Shown here one piece after another: positions 1-12,607 of a DNA stretch of 64,000 bases (its first letter is position 1; each line of letters opens with the position of its first letter). The DNA comes from Phyllosticta citribraziliensis (Eukaryota). The position numbers and the translations under genes were made by a program. The DNA is taken from positions 1,240,001 to 1,304,000 of the forward strand of contig NW_027117347.1 in assembly GCF_038025025.1 (NCBI RefSeq), in the 5' to 3' direction. Under the pieces are notes generated by a model that was given only the letters and a program-made list of their open reading frames with translations, had not been told where the DNA came from and did no database searches.

Positions 1-942
1 CGAGACCTCCAACTCCTCCACCACTACTCCACAAATACCAGCGTCGCCTTGACCGAGGTGGAGAGCATTCGCCACTGCTATCAAGTCGTCTACCCCAGCA
101 TAGGCTACTACAGCAAAGCCGTGATGCACGGAATCCTCGGCGTGGCGGCCCTGCACCTCGCACATCTTCAACCGGGCCCGCGCAACAAGTGGCTTTTGAT
201 CTCCACCAACCACCAAAACCGGGCCATCAGCCAGTTCCGGCTCCAATTGCCCTCCATTACCCCGGACAACTGCGACGAGCTCTACGCTCTATCTAGCTTG
301 ACGACCATGTTCCGCTGCGCCTCCTTGCCTATACCGACAGACCCCCACCAGCCCGACGCCATCGACGACACGCTCGAATGCTTCATGCTGACGCGCGGCG
401 TCAACGAAGTCCTCAAGACGTCGTACGTATGGGTCGGCAACGGGCCGCTACTCCCCATGCTCATCCCGGATCGACTGGCACCGCACATACCCTTCGGCTC
501 GGCCGTGCAAACACCGCTCGACGAGTACGGGCTGCAGCCGCAGTTCGACGAGCTGCGCGGGCTCGTGACGCACGAGGCGTTCGACCCGCCGCTGCGCGCG
601 ACGCTGCTCGTGGCGCTGGCCGACCTGTCGCTCTGCTACCACCGCATCCTGGCGCAGCCCGCAGACCGCGAGCCCGGCATCGTCGTCATGTTCCCCATCC
701 GCGTCTCGCCCGAGTACATGTTCATGGTGCGCCAGCGCCACCCGGCCGCCCTCGTCCTGCTGGCCTACTGGTGCTGCTTGGTGCACAACCACTCGAATTA
801 CTGGTGGTGGGGCGATCGTGGCAGGAGGGTTGTGCTCGCCGTCCACGATTCGCTGGAGGAGCGTTGGCGGAGCTACCTTGAGTGGCCCATGCGGTATGTT
901 GCTGATGATGGTAATGTGGGCAAGCCGAAGATTATACAATGA
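1..942 (+). CDS. C-terminal part of a fungal Zn2Cys6 transcription factor, sterol-regulatory Upc2/Ecm22-like domain; 5' end lies upstream of the window
   Basis: The frame is open from base 1 (RDLQLLHHYSTNT...). Motifs DLxLLHHY, MHGILGVAALHLA, ALVLLAYWC and WxxYLEWP are typical of the fungal-specific TF domain of Upc2-like proteins. The Zn cluster itself is not in the window. Confidence 0.8.
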   Translation, partial: RDLQLLHHYSTNTSVALTEVESIRHCYQVVYPSIGYYSKAVMHGILGVAALHLAHLQPGPRNKWLLISTNHQNRAISQFRLQLPSITPDNCDELYALSSLTTMFRCASLPIPTDPHQPDAIDDTLECFMLTRGVNEVLKTSYVWVGNGPLLPMLIPDRLAPHIPFGSAVQTPLDEYGLQPQFDELRGLVTHEAFDPPLRATLLVALADLSLCYHRILAQPADREPGIVVMFPIRVSPEYMFMVRQRHPAALVLLAYWCCLVHNHSNYWWWGDRGRRVVLAVHDSLEERWRSYLEWPMRYVADDGNVGKPKIIQ

Positions 943-1438
943 TAGGATCCAAGTCCGCGCGCCCTCCGTGGCCGTGGCTGCCAGGATTCGGCCCGTAGTC
1001 GTACTCGGCATGGGTGTCGATGATTGCGGTGAAAGTCCGTCGTGACGAATGACAAAAGTTCTTGGGCGGCAGTAGCGCAAGCGGATGTAGTATTGATTAA
1101 GTGTGTACTAGTCCCAAAAGCTATCTACATGTCCTCAATACGGCTAGCCTTTCACGCATGCATTCGTTCCTGAAGTCGTGACCTTGTGCTCATTATCGTC
1201 GCGTCCGTGAGTGGGGAATCATAAACGTACTTGCCCCTCAAGAAATTTGACTGCTTCCCATCTGATGCATGTCTCCGTGTCTCTATTGAAAGGGAAGGGC
1301 AAAGGCTTGCATGCTTATGGGAATTGAAGCCGACAGTTCTCATCAGACGTCTCAGTCTCCTTGTCTCTCTTTGAAGGGAATGGGAAAGATTTTGTCCTCT
1401 TCAACGAGGTGAAGTTGACCTTTTGCATCAGAACCTCG

Positions 1439-2452
1439 TCATATTTTGACGTCCACCGCGACAGCTCGATGGTCGCTTATGAAGACACCGTCGTCAAAGA
1501 GATTGGACAAGACGCCATACCCCTGAACTGTATCCGACGGCAGGACCGCGTCATCCAATGGGCCGGCAAAGACAAAGTCGATGCGAGCCGGGGGCGCGTC
1601 GTTGTCTGGATCTCTGAAACCCGTATATGTAAAGTTGTTTCCGTACCTCTTTTCGGGGCTCACCTTGTCCCTCGCATCGTACAAGACAGACTGGGGACTT
1701 GTAAAGTACTTGTAGGCCTCCTCGTTGGTCTCGCTGTTGAAGTCGCCGGTGAGGAAGACTGGAATCTCGCCCTTTGGCCCGAGCTTGGCGAGGTATTTTT
1801 TGACGAAGCTGGTGATGAGCTCGGCGGACTTGAGCCGCGCCGTGCTGCCTGCGTTGTCCAGGTGCGTGTTCAAGACCAGAACGTGCTTCTTGGTGGTTTG
1901 GTGGCAGAAGCGGCCGACTGTCAGGATTCGAATGGAGCCCGCGTCCCAGCCCTTTGACGGCCTATCGGGCGTCTCGGAGAGCCAGATGGTTTTGGAGTCG
2001 GTGAGCTGCCAGACGGAGCTCCTGTAGAGGATGGGTGAGTACTCTCCTGCGCGCTTGCCGTCGTCTCGTCCGACTCCGATATAAGTCCAGTCGTGAGAGG
2101 CGTTGGCATATTTGGGCTCCGGCACAGTCAGATTGGCATACTCGGCATTCAGCCCGGCGAGCACGTTGACGAGCTGCTGGTGCAGGCATTCTTGCAAACA
2201 GATGAAGGCTTCTGGATTGGTGTGGGTGTTGAAGCGCAGCTCGCTCACTAGCCGCGGGGCACGGGTGGGCCAGGGTTCTTCGCCTTTGAAGGGCGAGGTA
2301 GTGGCATAGCGAATGTTGTGGGTCAGAAAGCGGATCGGGAGGAGAAATGACGAGTACCTCATTTCGGCCAGGAGCTGGGAGTTCTTTGTTTGCGGCGGCT
2401 TTGAATGAGCATCTGGGGCTGAGCTGCCCGCCGTGGTATTTATGGTCGACAT
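1439..2452 (-). CDS. Endonuclease/exonuclease/phosphatase (EEP) family protein
   Basis: EEP catalytic motifs THNIRY, CLQE, GVGRDDGKxxGEYSPI, NTHLD, LTGDFN, RIDFVF and SDH. First in-frame ATG at 2452 (MSTINTT); start choice uncertain. Confidence 0.88.
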   Translation of the reverse strand: MSTINTTAGSSAPDAHSKPPQTKNSQLLAEMRYSSFLLPIRFLTHNIRYATTSPFKGEEPWPTRAPRLVSELRFNTHTNPEAFICLQECLHQQLVNVLAGLNAEYANLTVPEPKYANASHDWTYIGVGRDDGKRAGEYSPILYRSSVWQLTDSKTIWLSETPDRPSKGWDAGSIRILTVGRFCHQTTKKHVLVLNTHLDNAGSTARLKSAELITSFVKKYLAKLGPKGEIPVFLTGDFNSETNEEAYKYFTSPQSVLYDARDKVSPEKRYGNNFTYTGFRDPDNDAPPARIDFVFAGPLDDAVLPSDTVQGYGVLSNLFDDGVFISDHRAVAVDVKI

Positions 2453-2813
2453 GATGGCGCGCACTGCAATGACTAGGCCCAATGGCTCTAGCCGGGACGA
2501 GTTTGGTAGCGTATAGTAGGCAAGATGCAATATGTCGTCCAGCCGTTCAAGCGACTTGGGTGGTGTGGGTGGGTGGGTTGGTGGACTGCAGCTGAGGGTG
2601 GTAGGGTGAGGTAGGGCGGGTCAGCAAAGGCGGGGCACCTGAGGCAGTCCGGTGGGTGGTTGCTTAGGTGAATGGTGATGAGTGCAGGAATTAAGCGATC
2701 CACCCACCCGCACTCGACTATTCGTGTCTCTGAAAGAGCTTCCGGTGCAGCTGTCCAGCCCCATCTCTCCACCGACATCCCCCAATTCGACCCCGCCAAC
2801 AACTTCGCCCACC

Positions 2814-4510
2814 ATGGCTGACACCACCGAGATTGGTATGGTCCCCTCGCGCCTGCAGAGTCTTCCCCGACCCTCGATGCTGCCGCCCAATACGTCATAG
2901 CCCGTCAACGAACAAAATGGACACGCGATGCAAAGAAGGCTGCTAATCGCCTCGCAGACTACACCATCAAGAACCCCGACACCCTTACTAAGTACAAGGA
3001 GGCCGGAAAAATCTCTCTGAGCGTCCTCGAGGCCGTGACAGGTACGCTCCTCCGAGCGCGTGCCACCACCGCTCAAACTCGGCGCGTAGCCCCAGGTCAA
3101 AGCTGACGCCGATTCAGGATGGTGCGTTGAGGGTGCAAACATTGTTGACGTTTGCGAAAAGGGAGACAAGCTGCTGGAGGAGAAGGTTGCCGCTGTCTAC
3201 AAGGGCAAGAAGATCCCCAAGGGTGTTGCGCACCCCACGACCGTCTCGCCCAGCCCGTACATCACGCCCTACACCCCGCTCAGGTCGGACACCGAGGAGG
3301 CTTCGAGAACGCTCAAGGCCGGCGACTACATCAAGATCCAGCTCGGTGCTCAAATCGACGGTCTTGGTACGATTGTCTGCGACACCATCGTCATCCCCAC
3401 CGCCGACCACAAGGACGATGTCATTCAGGGACGCCAGGCCGACCTGCTGCTCGCGACGCACTACGCCAACGAGCTGCTCCTCAGATTGATGCTGCCCCCT
3501 GGCACTCTTGCCACTGGAACCGACGAGGAGAAGGCCAAGGCCGCCGCGCAGAAGCCCTACACCCAGGCGCAAATCAACCAGCTGCTGGACAAGGTCGTCA
3601 AGAGCTACGAATGCAACCTCGTCGAGAGCACCACTTGCTGGTCGTTTGAGCGCAACGAGATTGAGGGCAAGAAGAAGATTATCCTGGCTCCCGGCGAGGG
3701 CGTCAGGGGCGAGGGTCTTCCGGAGCTCTACGACGTCTGGGGCGTCGAGATGGGCGTCTCCCTGGGAAGTGGCAAGGTCAAGAACTTGAGCGACCGTGCT
3801 ACCCTGCACCGCCGCACCACTACTACCTACGGCCTCAAGAGGCCTAGCTCGCGCGCTACTCTTTCTGAGATTCAGAAGAAGTTTGGTTACTTCCCCTTCA
3901 GCCTTCGCCAGCTCGAGGACGAGCGCGCGGCCAAGGTTGGTGTTGTTGAGTGCGTCCGCGGTGGCGTCCTGAGGCAGTACGAGGTTGTTGGCGACAAGGA
4001 CAACGAGCCTGTCGCTAGGCTGTTGACCACCCTTGGTAAGTTTCATGCTCCGTATTGTGACTTGGTCCCAGTATTGTTTGAGAGGAAAACATTTCACATC
4101 GCCCATGCGCGCCATGAGCGTGTTACAAATGGCCGTCATGTTCCTACATCGAAAGGCCCCACGAACTACTGGGCAAGTGGGATCTTTCGTGCCTGCGGCG
4201 ATGTCGGTCTTAGACAAAGACTGGGACTTTTTCATTGTTGCAACATCTCACACTTTACATGTCGGAAATTGAAGTGGGGACAAGGCTAATTGTGCATTCT
4301 CCAGGTGTCACAAAGAATGGAATCTCCCTCCTCGCGGCGCCCCCGGCACCGGATCTATCCAAGTACAAGACGGATAAGAAGATCACCGACGAGGAGATTC
4401 TCAAGATCCTTGAGCAGCCCCTGGCAAAGCCTTCTAGCTCCAAGCCCAAGAAGAACAACAAGAAGAAGAAGCCGGCCAAGAAGGAAGGCAGTGGCGAGAG
4501 CGATGAGTAA
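2814..4510 (+). CDS. cdb4: Curved DNA-binding protein Cdb4 / proliferation-associated 2G4 (Ebp1) homologue, M24 peptidase-like fold; 4 exons
   Basis: Exons 2814-2835, 2958-3041, 3118-4035 and 4305-4510 join in frame with GT..CTRAY..AG introns. Motifs NPDTLTKYK, KGVAHPTTVS, YIKIQLGAQIDG, YGLKRPSSRATLSEI and FPFSLRQLEDE; Lys-rich C-terminal tail. Confidence 0.9.
4065..4227 (+). ncRNA. Candidate structured intronic RNA element in the last intron (4036-4304) of the Cdb4/Ebp1 gene
   Basis: Nested complementary pairs: GTCCCAGT 4065-4072 / ACTGGGAC 4220-4227; TTGTTTGAGA 4074-4083 / TCTTAGACAA 4208-4217 (two G-U); ACATCGCC 4096-4103 / GGCGATGT 4197-4204. These enclose two internal hairpins (4104-4140 and 4150-4189). 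Confidence 0.45.
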
Positions 4511-5347
4511 GAAGCTCTGTAGGAATAGCTTGCAGAGGAGGAAAGCAGGAGCCATTGCTAGGTCCAACAAGATCCGCATTGACGACGGGCGGCACTGATG
4601 AAGAGCTGCTGCGGCAAGCTCGTCATTTTCACTCGCGGGACCCAGGGGTCGGAGGCGAGTACATAGATTAGGCATTAGCCGCCGCTACCTTGAGCGAGCA
4701 ACAGCGGCAAAAGATTCAGTCAAAAAAGCGGATCGTGGAGATCTCGTCTCTGGGAAGTGAAGTCAAAGTGAATAGTGTCGTAATCCTTCACACTGGCAGC
4801 GTCCGCCTGGACCTGAGCCATCAAGCTTGCTCAACCATCTTCTTTCCCAACCCTTCCGATTCCACTCTCACTCTCCAACTGCCGCATCAAAGCTTCTGTT
4901 GCGAACAAGCTGCGCTTCGCACTGCAATTCTCACCAACACCATACATCCCCTGATTGCGGCTCTTGTGCACGGCGACTGCACTTGGTTGGCCGACTGCCC
5001 CCCCAACGCCGCAAGCTTTTTCACTCAAACAAAAGTACCCTTTTCCATCCATCTCATCACAAACTCCTCCAAGTCAAGTTTTCTCAGGTTGGTGTTGTCC
5101 AAATCCCAGGTTGTGTTGTCAAGGGGCTGCTGGAGCGGCAGCCCGTCCGAGCCACACCTCCGCGGTCGATTTCTCGCTAACATCTCAGACCTGACCTTTA
5201 CCACCACCCACGCGACGGCGCCGTCTGTTTCGCGCACCCACGGCCCTTTGAATAGGAGAATCGCGTCGTAAGCCCCTTTGACTCGATTAACGCGAATTGC
5301 CTCTGACCTTTTGTACAGGATCGCGCTCCCGTGGCCAGCGTGCGAAC

Positions 5348-8300
5348 ATGCCTCGACCCTCCCGCCGGTCCACGAGGCCCTCCTCGAGGCCTTCGCCGAG
5401 TCCCCTTGCCCGACCCAGCACGGCCAACTCGCCTGCTACTGCTACTGAGACCAAGAAAGAGAAGGCCCAGGCATCCCTTGACGGTTGGGTTGAACCGCCG
5501 CTCAAAGATCCTGCTGCTAGTTTTGAAGACCATGGCTTCGAACGTGCAGGCGTTGTTGCGCACATGCAGCCTCTTGGTGCCCGGCCCACAGCCAAAGACA
5601 GGGCTTCAAGAACAAGAGCCGAGGGACTCCGTCGCAGTGCTGCTGCTAAGAACGGCACGCTCTCTGCGGACGACCGCGACTCGCCAGAACCGAGTGTGCC
5701 CGTCGAAGCCGCGCCCCCAGCGGACGACCGGAACGTCGCTGTGGCCTTGCCGATCCTCCCTCCCAACCGCGATGAAGAGGAGGACGATGACTATATGCCT
5801 GTGATAAAGAAGAAGAAGGGGTCCAAGAAGAGCAAACTCAACAAGAAGGTGGCGGCCAGAAGTGAGGAGCCGGTCGCACCAACCACCTCTGAAATCGGAT
5901 CTGCTTCCCCCATCAAATCGGAGCACGACCAGGAGCATGAAGCCTGGATGTGGATCGTCATAGACAAGGCTTTCCGCGGAGCCCACGAGCTTGCGAAGGA
6001 CCGTCCCAAAGGTTCCGCCGTGGATACGGACATTCTGGACTGCCTGCACAAGCAGAGCAAGATCGACCCCGAGTTGGCAGAGGCGATCTACACCATTACC
6101 AAGGACGAAGTGCGTGGCTTGGATCCCCGACCCAAGGAGCTCTATCGCACTTTCACACGTTTCGTCAGAGACTTCCGCCGGACCTCCAGCATACAGAATG
6201 CCGTCGAGCGGAACTCGTCACAATCCTCGCCCGGCCCAATGTCCAATGATGACACATCACGCTCCGCGTCCCCCGCCGAAGACACTGCCGAATCTGTCGA
6301 AGCCACGAATAACGACACGCCTGCTCCTGCCGTGGCGAAGCCTCATGCCAACACCATCGCCAACGGCATGGCGTCCTCTGGTTTGCATTCGCGCAGTGGA
6401 AGCGTGTCTTCCACATCTAGTCTTAGCTCCGTCGATGAGAGTATTGCTGCTGGTCCACCCCCAGAAGTCCTGCAACCCGCCCTTACCAAGCCGGCACCCA
6501 CCACGAAGGCAGTGAACGGTGCCAAAAAGCAAGCCAAGACCAAAACTGCCAAGAAGGGACCAACCATCAACAAACGCAGCCTTGAGCAAGCTGGCCTTCT
6601 TTATTCCTCGGACGAAGAAGTCAAAACGAAGCGCAAAAAATACCGTCAGTCGCTGCCAAACATCCATAGATTTGACGCGTCGATTCCAGTGAGCGGCATT
6701 AGGGGGCCACCTGCTGGATCTATGCCCACAGCCAGCGACTCTGCAGAGATTCAGCCGCCCCGGAAGAGGCAGATTCTTAAGTTCACGAGTTCCAACGGTC
6801 TCTTGAGCAAGCCTGCACTGCAATCTGGTAGTAGCACAACCTCTCCCTTCTCTGAGCTTTTCCCGCCAGGCGGTTCTGGATCTGTGACCCGCGCCACCAC
6901 GCCTGTCCTGAACCCGGATGGAGCCGAAAGGCCGTCTAAGCGCCAGAAGACGTCTGCGCGCACAAAGCATTCGTAAGTTGCCCCGAGTTTGTTCCTCCTC
7001 TCGCCGGCTTGCATCATGGACCGCCTCATTCGCGCAGCTCCACGTGTTGGTTGGCCCCCTTCTTGTTTCACATTTCCCACGACCACACGGGAGCCGTAGC
7101 GGTTTTGCGTCGATATTGATCTTCATATTACCTTGGCATGAGTAGTCAGCTAACGATTGCTACCGTTTTAGGCCGATTAAAAACAGAGCTGGCGGTGTTG
7201 CGGGTGTGGCCCGGCCAAGTGGCGGAGTTGGCAGCCCGGTCGGAAACGGAGAAGAGTACGACGCAGTAAGTCACCAGTCCTTGCAACCCTTACACTAACT
7301 TTCCCGCCCTTTACCTCTTCGAGCCCTTTCCACCACCAACGCCCAAACACCTCACCCCATTGTCAGCATGCACGCCAAAGGGCTCCCTACACCTCCCCTG
7401 CCGCCATCACGTCTTCCTCCATCACCACCGCTGACAGAGTGGCAGCGCTCCGAAAATGATGATTTTTGTTCGGCGTGCGGGTTTTCTGGCCTGTTGATTT
7501 GCTGCGACGGCTGTGACAAGGCTTTTCACCTGACCTGCTGCGATCCTCCCCTTGAGGAGACTCCCGAAGAGAGGTGGCTTTGCCATGTTTGCGCCGCGAA
7601 GACCAAGCAGGCCCCGAGGGAAGCTTTCAGCTTGTTCATGCCGCTGCTGAACAACATGCAGCGTCGCAATCCAACAGTCTTTGCCCTTCCCAGGAAGATG
7701 CAAGACTACTTTGAGGGCGTGCGTGCCAACTCTGAAGGCGCTTATGAAGAGATCCAGGCCACTCGGCCCATGTAAGTGATTATCTTTTGTTGGTAGTCAA
7801 GCAAGTGCTTATACCAGGCAGCAACAAGGGCCGCGGCGGCTGGGACGAGCTTCCTGACAACACAAAGCTCAAAGACGCGAAGGGCAACGCTGTCCTGTGT
7901 TCGCATTGTGGCAAATCGTCGCTTAACAAGCAACAAATCATCCAGTGTGATGTCTGCAATGCAAACTGGCATTTAGAATGTCTGGATCCGCCGATGGCGA
8001 ACCCACCGCCTATTCCTTACAATGCAAAGACGCGCAACGCGTGGGTTTGCCCACGCCACACTGAACATGATCTTCGCTTTATTCAGAGTACTGTCGCTGG
8101 TCAGACGCGCGACATCAGGGTTCGCAAGCCGAAGAATCCGAAGGTCACCGACGTCAATCTGAGGCGTGGGTTCAAAAACAACGGCGTCATCGAAGTTTAC
8201 GACGAGACCGAGTCCGAAAGCGGCTTTTCAGAGTACGATGATCCTGATGAAGAGGGAACTGTCTTCCGGTTGCCCTCCAAAGGAATTAAGCTTGACTTCA

Positions 8301-8759
8301 TTGCGAAGGTCAAAGAGTGAGTCTTCTCCATTTTTTCCAAATCGAAACATTTGACTAATCCGTCTTCAGGCAACGCATGGCGGCGACAAAAGCAAAGGCG
8401 CGCAATTTCATCGCCGAAGATGGCTCCCAGCGGGCGCCTGCGAACATTGAATTGTTCAACGCCGCTGCTCCGGTTGATCGACGCGCTTGCTTGAATCTGA
8501 TTGAGTTCGCCCAGCGCCAGAGTGAACTCGGCCTCGACGGAGACGCCATTCAGACTCTGATTTATGGCCTTACTGTAAGTTTCTGGTCAGATCCCTCCTT
8601 CTGGATGCGTCAACTGACTTCCTTCAGGCTGAGCTACCCGACGACGTCATTCAGGCCGAGATCACGGGCGAGGGTCCTAAGCTGTCCTCTCCGACCGCGG
8701 AGGAGAAGCAGAAGCTCCTGGACCTGATGGAATTGATTCGCCGCAGGCTTGGCAGCTGA
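5348..8759 (+). CDS. Double PHD-finger chromatin protein (Rco1/Cph1-Cph2-like Rpd3S subunit); multi-exon
   Basis: PHD1 NDDFCSACG..LICCDGCDKAFHLTCCDPPL..WLCHVC and PHD2 CSHCG..IIQCDVCNANWHLECLDPP..WVCPRH. Introns at 6973-7171, 7266-7445, ~7772-7821, ~8318-8369 and ~8575-8627. Long low-complexity N-terminus. An acceptor-like site near 5318 suggests a 5'UTR intron or an upstream exon. Confidence 0.8.
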
Positions 8760-10171
8760 ATTTCGCCAGGGCTATTCAGACCATCCATATTCTCGACGGC
8801 ACGGCACCTTTGTCTCTCTTTGAGGGGCAGCATATGGCCGTTGCGAGCAGGCATTTCGCCGTGCGACAGGTTCTCGCCTAGCCTTTGCAACTTCTTTGTC
8901 TCTCAAGCATCGGCGCAAAGGCTAGCTCGCTTACTTTCCCCAACCCCACCAACATCCGACCTGTCCTCGGCTTCCTCCTTCGGGCTGCTCGATGCAGCGA
9001 AAATCTAAACGGCCGTCTGCCTGCCTCCATCCTCTTCCACCTGCACCAAGCCAAACTTTCCTTTTCGTCAGCTCGCCGCCTCTAGCTCCCAGATTGAGGC
9101 TTTGCTCAAGGGTTCTAATAGACCCTATCGCCCTGTGTCTGATACGTGGCTTGCACGCATTCCTATAAACAAGAACCAGCGGCCTCAAAAGTCACCGTAT
9201 GATTAGATGCCCCTTTTCCACATCTTGTTGCTTTGTTCCCCATGCATGCACCTGGCGTTTCTGGTTTTAGCATCGAGTCCATGGTGATGGCTCATCAACA
9301 TCGGCTTGGCTTGATTTGGGTGGCAGCCTTCTGTCTGGAATCCACTTTCGCTCGTTTTAATTATGCCGGACTTCTTTTTCCTTCACAGAGAGACACCATG
9401 ACTCCCTACTCGGACGCATGGCACCAGTAGATAGCAGCGTAACAGGCTTGGTCGTAGCTGCCATCTTCCTGCCCCTTTTCGTGGTGAAATTCGCCATCGG
9501 TCAATCCACACCCACAAAGTGTTCTACACAGCGCGGCGCTCCGGCGATAGCAATTCATGGAATGCGATGGGCCTTTTCCTTTTTGCTAGGTGATATCAGC
9601 CAAACCCCTGGTCGTACATAGCGCACAAGTTTAAGAGATTGATTGACAGTGGAAACATTCGCGTTGCTCATGGTGAATCATGCCTCCTCAATGTGTATGT
9701 AATTCTGTGGCCCTTGTCCATCTGACCCCTCTCGATCGCCCCCAGACGCCGAATGATTTGCTTTGAGTGCCAGACTAGTCGGGGAAAGTTTTCCAGGGTC
9801 TGTCAAAACAGAGCCAGGGGCAGTCCCGCGGTGCTCATTTGGCCGAAGATAGTCCGAGCACACAAATCCGGTCCAGGGCGGTGAGGCGTAGCAATTCTTG
9901 TCGGTCATCGGAGCTCCACATCCCTGCATGTTTCCACATCAATGCGGTCAACAACACTGCCATCGACACCAAGACCACGCACTCTGGCAAACCTCGTTGT
10001 GTTCTCTTTTGCCAACCCCAGATCATATTCTGCCCCAACACGACTTGCTCGGAAACCATCTCGTCCAGCGAAGAGAGGCCCACCCAGGAGCGCTGCGAAT
10101 AGTGCAAATTCCCGCTCTGAACCCCACAATCCGTCGTCAAGTCGCCGTTGAGACACAAGGCGACAACAGTC

Positions 10172-11339
10172 ATGTCGACTGAACAAGAAACCTTGTTTCG
10201 ACCTCGAAAGAAGCAAAAGATATTCCGGAAACGCGCCACTGAAGACCCTGATCAAGAATCCTCCGCCAACGTCATCGCGCCGAACACCCCAACCGCAGAA
10301 GCCAGCAACTCGGTCGCAAATTCTGCGGAGCCTGGAGAGGATGCAACGGGAACCGCAGTAGCAGACATACTTCGACGGCGCAAGCTGGCGCACAAGCCGA
10401 GAGGCGGCGTCGAGTTCACCAGCGCGTCGACACGGCCCACGACTTCCACTGCAACGACCGAAGTCACCACGGTTGCGCCCAAGGCCACGGACGAGAATAC
10501 GCCAGCAGCGGTAGAAGCCGTTAAGCGCTTCGCGCCGCAGACGGGGCTGGTGCCGGACACGCTGGACAAGCACATGTGAGTGGACGCCTTGGTCTCGCTG
10601 GAAGCAGCCACAGGAAAAGCTACCGTGATGGCTAACGTCGGAAGGATGGCATACGTAGATTCCAAGATGGCTGAGCTACGCGAGGGCGAGAAACGCGCCG
10701 CTGAAGACTACGCCTCTTCGATGAATGGACGACGAGCGGGCATCGACGACGCTCATCTGTCCCCGGCCGCGCGCGCCGAGGCACACCGTGAGAGGCAGCC
10801 TGCGGGCATGGGCAAGTTGCAAGAAATCGATCTTGGCGAGGAGGTTACGCGCATGAATGCCCAGCGCACGCAGGAGGCAACGCGCAAGCTGCAGAGCGGC
10901 GAGACGGCGGAGCCGAGCGATGAACGCTTCGCTGGCAGGGGCCGACGCGGACGAAAGCGCCGCACCAGCGAGGACATCAAGCGCGACAAGATCGTTGAAG
11001 ACATTCTCAAGGAGAGCATGCGTACGCACCCCCTTTGCCCCTGAGCGCTGACACATGAAGACTAACACCGCATTCGCAGTTGACAACATCTACGACCGCA
11101 CGGAACTCCAAACTGCAGACACGAACGACGACCAAGCGGCCGACGACCGAATTGTCGAACAATTTCGGCGCGAGTTCATGGAGGCCGTGCAAACGCGCAA
11201 CAAGCGCCCACAACCGGCGCCGGTGGTGGGCAAAGGAGGCAAGGTGGAAGAGAGACCTAAGGGCCCGAAGCTGGGAGGTAGCCGTAGTGCTAGAGCGGCG
11301 ATGCGGGCGATGGAGGAGCAGAAGGCGAAGAAGAAATGA
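10172..11339 (+). CDS. Hep_59 / C9orf78 (Tls1)-like splicing-associated protein; 3 exons
   Basis: Exons 10172-10575, 10645-11021 and 11080-11339 join in frame. Motif KRFAPQTG..DKHMMAYVDSKM matches the Hep_59 family; also GKLQEIDLGEE and KGPKLGGSRSARAAM. Confidence 0.72.
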
Positions 11340-11627
11340 GGGAATGACTTGGACAGGGCAGCTTCGTAAATACCCGCTGAGGTTTGGGAGATTTTGGGCA
11401 TGGCAGACGGTACATGGAAGCGACTTTCCCAAATAAGTCCAGGAAATCGCTGGGTTAAATGTACATGTACTGAACGATTGGACAGGAGCAGGTAGGAGAG
11501 TGATGAGCAACATGGAATTCTAGTTCGCTTTTCCCACGTAGGACAAATGGAAAGATTCGCTCCCTCTTGATGCTGCCGATTGTTCCATGTTCTTCTTGAC
11601 CAACAGTCAGGTCTTTTGAGTTCCGAA

Positions 11628-12607
11628 TCACTGCTGGCGCGCCTTCTCCCAGGCTGCGTCAAAAGTAGCCGGCTCCACAGCGAAAGCGCGGAGGTAGTCT
11701 CTCTCCAGATCATGAGTGTTCCTCCCGACCAAGACCAGACTGTGTAGCGGCTTGCCCAGGTCCGCCTGGCTCAATTGCTCCAGCGTGCCCGCAACGATCT
11801 TCTGATCGCTCGCGCCGACCCTCGCGACGCCCACAGCAAGTGCATCCTTGCCGCACACGCCCTTGCCCCTCTCCTCGTCAATCTCAATCATCTGCTGCGC
11901 GCACTGCGCAACAGACATGTAGCGCGGCGGCTCGTAGACCACCTTGCCGCGCGCCAGCATGTTCAGGTTCGGCTCCTTGACCTTGATGTCCAGCAAAACT
12001 AGCGTGTGCAGGCCAATGGCGGCGTTTTCGACGATGCGGTCATACCACGACGCGGGCCGCCAGTTGTCGGTAAAGAATACCATGCTGATCGTCTGGCCGA
12101 AGTTGTAGAGCTGCAGGCCGGTGCAGCCGACGCCGGTCATGATCGAGGCGTTGGGGACGGCGTTGGTGGGGATGTTGAGCTCGCGAGCGCGGAGCACGAG
12201 GTCAGTGTGTGTGGTGGCTCTGGACATTCAGTTAGCCCATGAAAAGTCCCACGGCCTGTATAGATAAGCTGCGTACCCAAATGGGTCGCCGACAACGAGG
12301 AAAGCGACATCGACCTTGTCGGCGTCGGCGAGGATGCTGTCGCTGGCGGATTCGACCATTTCGCGGTCGGCGATGATGACAGAGCGGCCATAAAAGGCTT
12401 CCTACTATCACACAGTGTGAGACTAGCCAAATATTAAATCGTGAGAGGATTTCAATGCCACTCTAGACTCACCAGTTTTTCCTGGTCGACGAGCAGAATG
12501 GCCGTGTACGACTCGAGGTAGACGCGCTCGGCCTTTTTGACAATCTCGAGACCCTTGACGGTGATGTCCGTCTCGTCCGCGAGACCGAGACCAATGAGGT
12601 GGAGCAT
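11628..12607 (-). CDS. DPH5: Diphthine methyl ester synthase; 3 exons
   Basis: [71 protein letters not shown] and GKPLHSLV. Confidence 0.96.

Noticed and set aside
4690..5271. 193-aa ORF between Cdb4 and the PHD gene
   Set aside because: TTG start and no motifs; the region contains splice-like signals consistent with the PHD gene's 5'UTR.
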